24,488 nt of DNA from the IMG/VR virus record IMGVR_UViG_2579779149_000006; one strand, given 5' to 3'. This document shows positions 18,189-24,488 of this stretch, piece after piece; within the stretch, counting starts at the first letter, position 1; each line of letters begins with the position of its first letter. Position numbers and translations under genes: made by a program. Source of the DNA: a virus. Taxonomy: Duplodnaviria > Heunggongvirae > Uroviricota > Caudoviricetes. Below the pieces are notes generated by a model. That model made no database searches and was not told the origin of the DNA. It worked only from the letters and a program-made list of their open reading frames with translations.

Positions 18189-18302
18189 ATGAAGAAATGC
18201 TATTACTGCATTCTCGTTCTGGCCCTCTTTGGCTATCCAAACGGTAGTCCGAGTGGTTTGTCAGTAAACGTCAGTAATATCAATGTCAGCATTATGCTTT
18301 AA
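18189..18302 (+). CDS. candidate small protein, 37 aa (MKKCYYCILVLALFGYPNGSPSGLSVNVSNINVSIML)
   Basis: ATG at 18189 preceded by a consensus AGGAGG (18179-18184, 4-nt spacer). Signal-peptide-like N-terminus. Stop followed within 12 nt by a strong terminator. The longer 88-aa ORF from 18036 begins on a non-ATG codon. Confidence 0.3.
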   Translation: MKKCYYCILVLALFGYPNGSPSGLSVNVSNINVSIML

Positions 18303-18314
18303 TATGCTTCAAAC

Positions 18315-18344
18315 AAAAAAACCACCTGCCAGGGTGGTTTTTTT
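18315..18344. terminator. bidirectional rho-independent terminator
   Basis: AAAAAAA-CCACCT-gcca-GGGTGG-TTTTTTT: a GC stem flanked by a 7-A run and a 7-T run. It can terminate the plus-strand small ORF and the leftward early operon coming out of A. Confidence 0.7.
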
Positions 18345-18604
18345 GCGCCCATCATCAATACGATGAAAGACTGACAAGACTTCGCTCAAGACGAATTATG
18401 CGTCGACATAAGGTTACCCGCAATGATTTTATTAGACTAAATGGATGGCCTTTTATGACCCGGATCAAACGGCTGTCCTTACCGACATGCTAGTCACTCA
18501 ATAGCATTTAGCCTTCTAATTCAGCATGCTATTGACCTTCTGCTGCCCCATAACTGCTCCGCATAAGCCATTCAATGCCATATCAAATCACGTTGTGTTT
18601 TTAC

Positions 18605-20881
18605 TCAAATGGGTAACGAGAACCCCGGCCACTCATCAGCAACCGGATACGTGAATTTTTTCCCGTCATAATTTACGGTCGCGCCACGCGCCAGCGCCTC
18701 AAGCTCCCATCGTTGCGGCCTGATACCGTTCTGAGCGAGGTCAACGCGGATACGGGTAATTTGCAATCGTTCAGACCTGGTCAGTCTGGCAGATGGTGCA
18801 ATTTCATGCGGTTTTAACGGGATTCCGTTTCTTTGCTGACGATTTGGTGTTCTCAGTCCGTGTTTTAATGCGCCCCTGAGCACCATCACGACCTCCGGGT
18901 CACTCCATTCGATAACACCGTCATCTACCAGATTAAGCACTGCTGCGGCGTGCTCAGAAGGTGTAGGAGCCGGTAACGAAGTATCACCACCGGTGAGCTT
19001 TCCACAGTTATTGACAGGACTCCGAGGCGCGGCGATGCCGCTTTTTAAAGTCAAAGGCTCAACGACCGGCACTTTCGGCACAATGCGCCAGTCCGTGGTT
19101 CTGGTGATATGAATATGACGCGCGCCGAGATGCGGTGCGTAAATGCCGACCACTCTCTCGACTTCTTCCTCGTACTCGTTAACGTCATCCGACGGGCTAC
19201 GGGCAACCCTGACAGTCTGACAATCGCGCGGGACATTTGCCCCACCCTGCGCGCTGATATACAACGCAAAATCACCACTGTCTGCGGCGGCGCGTGCAGC
19301 CTCGACGCGTTCGTCAAACTCATCAGCAATGCTGACGCCGCGAGGCAGTTTGCGTAGTTCACGGTAAGCCCCCATTGTCGGCAGGCCAACCGTTTTAAAT
19401 TGTGGGATACGCCACGTTGACGCCCATGCGGTAACAGCCGCAGCAGTGTCTTTCAGCGGTCTGCCGGTATCGTTATCGAGCTGACCATCCAGTGCATAGC
19501 CATCGATGTTTTTTGAGATGTATTTCGCGATATATCCCGCAGCACCGCCCCGGTTAAGGTGTTTTGCCTGAAAACGGTTTCGCGCGGCTCCTCTTTCGTC
19601 GCCATCCTCTTTGAGCGCATAACGACGCATGATTTCAATAATCTGGTTACGCTGGCGTGGATTACAAAAAAGCATCATATGCCAGTGCGGCGTTCCGTCG
19701 TGGTGTGGCTCGACGACACGCAAACCGTAGACCTGTAAATCATTATCCTTGAATGCCGTGCGCATCAGGCTCCAGATGCGGCAGAGATAACGCTGCGCAT
19801 CCTTTGGATTAAATGCCTCATCGTTCCAGCCGTGATTAAGCTGAACGGTTTTACTTTCGCCTTTTCTGACCTGGCGTGTCGGGTGATACTTTGACGGCGC
19901 GGTCAGCGTGATAAACATCCCCACATCACCCTCTGCGGCGGCGTAACGCTCAATACCGGCAATGGTGTTCATCAGCTCCATCCGGCGAATTTCAGGATTA
20001 GAAATACTGCCCATCACCTTACTGATAAGGTCGATGCGCTCGCCGGTTTCCCTGTTTTCAAGGTCACACGATTTAAGAAATTCCAGATTTGCCTGGCGGC
20101 GCGCACGCACATCACGAATGGCATGTTTACTGGCATAAGGAGAACGGTCTTTATTGACCTCCCCGACAGCAATCAGTAACGCCTCATGCCAGCGCATACG
20201 CTGGCCTTTAAGCTGATGAGTCCACCACTCATCGTTAAACAGACGGGCAATGGCAGAATATGCCTGCCTCGTGGTCATCTGTCCTTTACGGTATTTTTTC
20301 CAGTAGAGCGGGGAAATATTGAAAGCACGTGCAGCGCCAGCAACATGACCATACAGGTGAGCCTGCGCCTCATCCGTAAACAGCGATTCTTTTTCGCCAT
20401 GCGCATCCACCCAGGCATCGCAGAGTTCCTCATACATCATGAAAAGCTGCGATGAGATACGGGCTGCAAATTTTTTCAGCTCCTTGTCATTCATCCCCGG
20501 CAGACGCGCATAATGGTCACGCTCTGCCAGAAACAGCAACGACGCGTCGGTGTTCATTTCATGGCGCTGATTCACACGCTCAATGCGCGGCCATAAACGA
20601 CGCTGAAAAGTGGATGTGAGGAAATAAAACCCGTGCACCGGGCTTTTATTGCGCCGGATGTAGTCATAGCGTGAAGTAAACAGCGAGCGCAAAAAGTAAG
20701 GCAGGCGGTTAATCGTGGATAAAACACCTTGCACCTGACGCATCTCGTCACGTGTAAGGGGTCTTTCGCGCCCGACGGCCTCGCGTGGCGCGTTCCATGC
20801 ATAAGCACCGGTAAACGCCTTACCGGTGCCTGCAGCAAATGCTGAAGGAGGGACAAAACGCCCGGAGGCTTTAACGGCCAT
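18605..20881 (-). CDS. A: replication initiation protein A (rolling-circle HUH endonuclease), about 758 aa
   Basis: Start taken at ATG 20879-20881 (MAVKASGRF...); the track start at 20923 is TTG. HUH-type motif GTPHWHMMLF and a tyrosine pair AGYIAKYISK. Length close to P2 A (761 aa). Confidence 0.9.
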   Translation of the reverse strand: MAVKASGRFVPPSAFAAGTGKAFTGAYAWNAPREAVGRERPLTRDEMRQVQGVLSTINRLPYFLRSLFTSRYDYIRRNKSPVHGFYFLTSTFQRRLWPRIERVNQRHEMNTDASLLFLAERDHYARLPGMNDKELKKFAARISSQLFMMYEELCDAWVDAHGEKESLFTDEAQAHLYGHVAGAARAFNISPLYWKKYRKGQMTTRQAYSAIARLFNDEWWTHQLKGQRMRWHEALLIAVGEVNKDRSPYASKHAIRDVRARRQANLEFLKSCDLENRETGERIDLISKVMGSISNPEIRRMELMNTIAGIERYAAAEGDVGMFITLTAPSKYHPTRQVRKGESKTVQLNHGWNDEAFNPKDAQRYLCRIWSLMRTAFKDNDLQVYGLRVVEPHHDGTPHWHMMLFCNPRQRNQIIEIMRRYALKEDGDERGAARNRFQAKHLNRGGAAGYIAKYISKNIDGYALDGQLDNDTGRPLKDTAAAVTAWASTWRIPQFKTVGLPTMGAYRELRKLPRGVSIADEFDERVEAARAAADSGDFALYISAQGGANVPRDCQTVRVARSPSDDVNEYEEEVERVVGIYAPHLGARHIHITRTTDWRIVPKVPVVEPLTLKSGIAAPRSPVNNCGKLTGGDTSLPAPTPSEHAAAVLNLVDDGVIEWSDPEVVMVLRGALKHGLRTPNRQQRNGIPLKPHEIAPSARLTRSERLQITRIRVDLAQNGIRPQRWELEALARGATVNYDGKKFTYPVADEWPGFSLPI

Positions 20882-21146
20882 ATGAGCCAAAAGCCTCTGA
20901 ACAACGCCTGCTGAGTTGCTCAACCTGCGCGTTTAAATCAGCAAAAGACTTTGCGCTTCCGGTCAGAATATCGTGATGCATCAGGCCGGAAACGAGCTGG
21001 CTTAATTTCGGATAATAACCAACCACCGCCAGCCATTCCTGACCGGCGTTTTTACCGCTTTCCGCTCTCTTTTTCTCGTGGAGAATAAACTGAAAGCTGT
21101 CACTGGTAACGACATAACGTTCGCCAATTTCAATACGAATACTCAT
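20871..21146 (-). CDS. small early protein (P2 orf83 position), 91 aa
   Basis: ATG at 21144-21146. Overlaps the A start by 11 nt and the upstream gene stop. Call based on synteny. Confidence 0.55.
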   Translation of the reverse strand: MSIRIEIGERYVVTSDSFQFILHEKKRAESGKNAGQEWLAVVGYYPKLSQLVSGLMHHDILTGSAKSFADLNAQVEQLSRRCSEAFGSYGR

Positions 21147-21367
21147 GCCGTTCTCCGGTAATGTTTGTTTTTTGCTTCAAAGACTGACTGGCAGGAAACA
21201 CAACGCGTGGCTGACGGATAAGCTGCACGACGGGCAGCAGGTATTGGCGCGTCACACTCTTCGCAAACCAGCGCAGAAGCACAGCAATGTTTTACCCTTG
21301 CCGCGTTAATCTGGCGCTCCAGTAATTCAGCCTGTTGTTCCTGAATAAAATCTACGTTGTCCGGCAT
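21143..21367 (-). CDS. TraR/DksA-family C4 zinc-finger protein (P2 orf82 position), 74 aa
   Basis: ATG at 21365-21367. Four-cysteine pattern CxxC...CxxC (CEECDAPIP...CVSCQ), typical of TraR/DksA zinc fingers. Confidence 0.7.
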   Translation of the reverse strand: MPDNVDFIQEQQAELLERQINAARVKHCCASALVCEECDAPIPAARRAAYPSATRCVSCQSVFEAKNKHYRRTA

Positions 21368-21669
21368 TACCAGCTCCTTTTGTCGTTAAGTTTTTTAAAT
21401 TCATCAGCGCAATAGCTGGCAATTTCTGTCGTTAATTTCGTCAGTTCATCCACGGAGGAGATTTGCTTGTGAAATACAGCGCGTTTAACAAGTAAATTGA
21501 CCACATCAGACAGGAGATTTAATTCATTCTGATAAATCGCGATAACAGACTCAGTTATTTCGCGTTTTTCTTTATCAAGACCAAGTTGAATAAGAGATAA
21601 ATCGCCATTTTTCATAACGGCGATTTTTAAGGCGTTATTCAGTAATACAACCGAACGAGAACAGGACAT
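21367..21669 (-). CDS. hypothetical protein, 100 aa, AT-rich (P2 orf81 position)
   Basis: ATG at 21667-21669 overlaps the upstream stop (TGATG). Visibly lower GC than neighbouring early genes. Confidence 0.5.
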   Translation of the reverse strand: MSCSRSVVLLNNALKIAVMKNGDLSLIQLGLDKEKREITESVIAIYQNELNLLSDVVNLLVKRAVFHKQISSVDELTKLTTEIASYCADEFKKLNDKRSW

Positions 21670-21893
21670 CAAAGCACCTCCCCGCGAGACAATCCGATAT
21701 TGTGAAATTTTTCCGACTCCTGACTGAGCAGCTCGACTATCTCCACGCGGGATAACTCCGCCTTTGTGATGTGGCGAATCATGGCGTCAAGATGAGAAGA
21801 AAAGCGCGTCGCAGCATCGGCCTGTGCTTCGGTTCTGGCCTGTTGCAGCAGTAATGCGTATTTACCGCACTGATTTTCAGAAACTGTATGCAT
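21669..21893 (-). CDS. hypothetical small early protein (P2 orf80 position), about 74 aa
   Basis: Start taken at internal ATG (MHTVSENQ...) with GGAG 7 nt upstream. Stop TGA at 21669-21671. Confidence 0.5.
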   Translation of the reverse strand: MHTVSENQCGKYALLLQQARTEAQADAATRFSSHLDAMIRHITKAELSRVEIVELLSQESEKFHNIGLSRGEVL

Positions 21894-21956
21894 GACTTTC
21901 TCCAGGCAAAAAGAAGTCCCGCACAATTAAGTGCGTTAAAAACTCTGGTTAATTAT

Positions 21957-22457
21957 TTAATGCAAATATTGCTCTGGTTTTACCGACGTCAGAATTGTCG
22001 GCGCATACTCAAACAGGCTGAATAATTCACGTAATGCACGGAATAAAGCATCACGCCAGTAACATGACTCTTCATTAATTTGCCAGTATGGCTGGTTGAA
22101 TTCTTTTTCAGTCAATCCGGCATGCATAAATAAAGTACGACGCTGACTGACTGTTAAAAAACTAATATATGCATATTCACTTGCGCCAACCTGACGGCGT
22201 TTTGAGAATGCCCCACGCAATTCATCAATTGCACAAACCAGCCGTTCACGTTCGACGTCGTTCATTTCTTCAAAACGCATCGTTGCATGACGTTGTTTTA
22301 ACTGCGCATGAAAGCAAACTGTTAGCCGTTCGCGCTCCATCATCTGATTATAATAATCACATGTATCCTGCCAGCGAGGGACGGCAAGATGCTTACCAAT
22401 TATCCGGCGCATAGCTGCTGGCTGTTTTTCAACGAGATTAAGCGTCATCACTGTCAT
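21957..22457 (-). CDS. B: replication protein B (helicase-loader-like), 166 aa
   Basis: 166 aa, exactly as P2 B. Position between cox side and A. Start overlaps the upstream ORF stop. Confidence 0.8.
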   Translation of the reverse strand: MTVMTLNLVEKQPAAMRRIIGKHLAVPRWQDTCDYYNQMMERERLTVCFHAQLKQRHATMRFEEMNDVERERLVCAIDELRGAFSKRRQVGASEYAYISFLTVSQRRTLFMHAGLTEKEFNQPYWQINEESCYWRDALFRALRELFSLFEYAPTILTSVKPEQYLH

Positions 22458-22624
22458 TTCCAGACCCTCCGGCTTTTCAGAAAGGTCAGAGCCTTCTTTA
22501 ACGGACTCTGTTTTTTGGTGCGGATAATGATTCCCTTACGCCCCTTACCGTGGGTGATGGTGAAGTCAATCGCCCTGGGGCTTTCGTTACGCAATAACTG
22601 AGCAATACAACGAGGCTCGTTCAT
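22454..22624 (-). CDS. hypothetical small basic protein (P2 orf78 position), about 56 aa
   Basis: ATG at 22622-22624 with AGGTGG 6 nt upstream, 10 nt after the cox stop. The longer ORF to 22714 would overlap cox by 80 nt. Confidence 0.35.
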   Translation of the reverse strand: MNEPRCIAQLLRNESPRAIDFTITHGKGRKGIIIRTKKQSPLKKALTFLKSRRVWK

Positions 22625-22634
22625 CCTTTCCACC

Positions 22635-23006
22635 TTAAGCCGCACGGCCATGTCTTGATTTGCTGTAACTAATGCGATTTTTCCAGTCATGCCATTCTGT
22701 CGGAGCTTCATCAACTAGCTGGGCTGCGTACTTGTCCCACTCACGGCGATTAATCCATAATTCAGCTTTCCCTCTTGGTTTTAATGGGTCTGTCATGTAG
22801 AAGGCTGGCAGCTTTCCTGCTTTAGCCATTTCAGCCACCGCGCGTGGTGTCTTACCGATGTAAAGAGCAAAACCTTCTTTCGACAGCAAATCAGATGGGC
22901 GCTCTGAAATCTGAATGCTTTTACGTTTGGCTTCATTTTCGAAACTTGCCTCATCGCTAGTTGGACAAGAAATTTCTACATTTGTCGTCACTTTGCTATC
23001 CTCCAT
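22635..23006 (-). CDS. cox: Cox-like excisionase / early-promoter regulator, 123 aa
   Basis: ATG at 23004-23006. HTH-like segment GFALYIGKTPRAVAEMAKAGKLPAFYMTDP, resembling the P2 Cox core. First gene of the leftward early operon, divergent from C. Longer than P2 Cox (91 aa). Confidence 0.6.
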   Translation of the reverse strand: MEDSKVTTNVEISCPTSDEASFENEAKRKSIQISERPSDLLSKEGFALYIGKTPRAVAEMAKAGKLPAFYMTDPLKPRGKAELWINRREWDKYAAQLVDEAPTEWHDWKNRISYSKSRHGRAA

Positions 23007-23099
23007 AAGATTTGCGATTCACCAACTGGAGCCATCTAGAGCCTTTTTGAGCGAATCACAAATTGCCAAGTAACAATATAATTGGAGATTAGCAAAATT
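23007..23099. promoter_or_regulatory. divergent Pe/Pc immunity control region with candidate direct-repeat operators
   Basis: 93 bp between the divergent cox and C starts. Imperfect 9-bp direct repeats GCGATTCAC (23014-23022) and GCGAATCAC (23051-23059). Perfect TATAAT at 23077-23082 on the plus strand. P2-type C repressors bind direct repeats. Confidence 0.45.
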
Positions 23100-23399
23100 A
23101 TGTCAAGTGAACAAAGTGAGAAACTAAAGCTCATCCGTGAATCCGAACGCCTTAAAACTAAGGAACTTGCTGAATTGATTGGAATTAATTACTACACATA
23201 TCATGGATATGAATCAGGAAAATCAAAAATGCCTATGGAAGCAGGTATGAAGCTGTTTAAGCATCCACGCTTTCGCAAGTATCGTGACTGGTTCATGTTT
23301 GATGAAACAGATCCAGCAGCTGGACAAATAGCCCCGGCTCTCGCACACATTGGGCAAGACTCAACAACCTTGCACCACTCAGACCAGAAGACTGGCTGA
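23100..23399 (+). CDS. C: immunity repressor C, 99 aa
   Basis: Start taken at ATG 23100 (MSSEQSEKLK...); the track start at 23082 is TTG. 99 aa, as P2 C. HTH-like segment TKELAELIGINYYTYHGYESGK. Transcribed towards int. Confidence 0.75.
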   Translation: MSSEQSEKLKLIRESERLKTKELAELIGINYYTYHGYESGKSKMPMEAGMKLFKHPRFRKYRDWFMFDETDPAAGQIAPALAHIGQDSTTLHHSDQKTG

Positions 23400-23492
23400 C
23401 GATTTATTCAGCATATGTGTGTAGTAAATGTACGAAAGAAAATTGCATTAATTTTCAAGTAGTAGAAGTAAACAGCGTCATCGGAGGGCTTT

Positions 23493-24488
23493 ATGTCTAT
23501 TAAAAAGCTCGATGATGGTCGTTATGAAGTGGACGTCAGACCGCAGGGTGCAGATGGAAAACGTATCAGGCGGAAATTTAAAACTAAAGGTGAAGCTCAA
23601 GCATTCGAACGTCATGTACTGGTTAACTACCACAACAAAGAGTGGTTGGAGAAACCAGCCGACCGCCGAACTCTTACAGAGTTGTTAGGCAGATGGTGGA
23701 TATATCACGGAAAATCACATGAGCGTGGAGATATTGAACGGGGGCGTTTAACGACAATAATCGCCAAATTTGCAGAAATGGGAGTGTCCAGAGCTGACCA
23801 GCTAACAAAGAAAACGATAACTGATTATCGCGTTGTAATGATGAACGATGGTCTGAAACCAGCCAGCGTAAATCGACATCTGGCAATAATGAGCGGGATG
23901 TTCACCAAGTTAATTGACGCCGGTGAATACCACTCTCACAACCCGTTCCGTGAGATTAAACGGTTACGTGAAGCTGTTACGGAAATGGCTTTTTTGTCCA
24001 GTGAAGAGATTACGCGGCTGTTATCCATGCTTGATGGTGATGAATTAAATGCAACTCTGGTCTGCCTTTCTACTGGTGGACGCTGGAGTGAAGTGTCTAA
24101 TTTAAAAGCTGAACATATCATTAACCAGATGGTTACGTTTATGAAAACTAAAAACGGAAAACGCAGGACAATTCCCGTTTCGCAGGACCTGATTAAACGG
24201 ATCAAGACCAAAAATTCAGGCAGGCTTTTTAATGCCAGTTACTACAAAGTGCGTAACGCTCTCAGGGAAGTAAAACCCGATTTACCTGACGGACAAGCAG
24301 TACATGTTTTGAGGCATACATTTGCCACACATTTTATAATGAATGGAGGTAACATAATCACATTGCAGCGCATCCTGGGTCATTCTAACATTCAGCAAAC
24401 TATGACCTACGCACACTTTGCACCGGATTTCTTACAAGATGCTGTGACTCTTAACCCGGTGTCAGGAATGTCCATAATGCGTCCATAA
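23493..24488 (+). CDS. int: tyrosine integrase (P2 Int-like), 331 aa
   Basis: Catalytic-domain signatures VLRHTFATHF and LGHSNIQQTMTYAHF (R, H-x-x-R, Y). Directly downstream of C as in P2. Stop TAA is the last 3 nt of the window, so the att site is off-window. Confidence 0.9.
   Translation: MSIKKLDDGRYEVDVRPQGADGKRIRRKFKTKGEAQAFERHVLVNYHNKEWLEKPADRRTLTELLGRWWIYHGKSHERGDIERGRLTTIIAKFAEMGVSRADQLTKKTITDYRVVMMNDGLKPASVNRHLAIMSGMFTKLIDAGEYHSHNPFREIKRLREAVTEMAFLSSEEITRLLSMLDGDELNATLVCLSTGGRWSEVSNLKAEHIINQMVTFMKTKNGKRRTIPVSQDLIKRIKTKNSGRLFNASYYKVRNALREVKPDLPDGQAVHVLRHTFATHFIMNGGNIITLQRILGHSNIQQTMTYAHFAPDFLQDAVTLNPVSGMSIMRP

Larger units (their letters stand above)
18111..18389. repeat. 15-bp perfect direct repeat CAAGACTTCGCTCAA at 18111-18125 and 18375-18389, flanking a 249-bp segment
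   Basis: Exact 15/15 match read directly from the sequence. The enclosed segment holds the SD-led small ORF and the bidirectional terminator. Confidence 0.55.

Noticed and set aside
18036-18302. 88-aa version of the small plus-strand ORF
   Set aside because: Its first codon is not ATG and lies inside the hairpin. Only the 37-codon version from ATG 18189 has a ribosome-binding site.
1-24488. CRISPR arrays, tRNA/rRNA genes, IS elements or an invertible tail-fibre segment
   Set aside because: No regularly spaced short repeats, no tRNA-like cloverleaf candidates adjacent to int within the window, no transposase-like ORF or terminal inverted repeats, and no invertase gene next to H/G.

Overview
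This window is about 24.5 kb of a P2-like (Peduovirus-type) temperate prophage, lying in reverse orientation to the canonical P2 map. Gene order, strand and protein lengths match P2 almost gene for gene; all calls rest on reading the six-frame translations (motifs, synteny, sizes), with no database search run. From left to right: (i) 1-3495, an AT-rich accessory island at the position P2 uses for Z/fun, between tail-fibre assembly gene G and the sheath gene that lies off-window. It carries a translationally coupled pair (single-TM protein plus a GT51 peptidoglycan-glycosyltransferase-like protein), an uncertain 171-aa ORF, and an M78/ImmA-like HExxH metallopeptidase-domain protein. (ii) 3496-14542, minus strand: late genes G, H, I, J, W, V, S, R, lysC/lysB, lysA, K, Y, X, L, M, N, O. 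(iii) 14716-17522, plus strand: terminase ATPase P and portal Q, then a terminator and a cos-like 19-mer (17692-17710). (iv) 17711-18604: the short cos-to-A variable locus, with no tin/old-sized genes, only a small SD-led ORF, a strong bidirectional terminator and a 15-bp direct repeat. (v) 18605-23006, minus strand: replication gene A (HUH rolling-circle initiator), four small early genes, B, a small ORF and a Cox-like gene. (vi) a divergent Pe/Pc control region, then C repressor (99 aa) and a tyrosine integrase on the plus strand, ending at the window edge. No tRNA, rRNA, CRISPR array or IS element was recognised. The best candidates for something undescribed are the two cargo modules in 1-3300, above all the TM + GT51-like pair.
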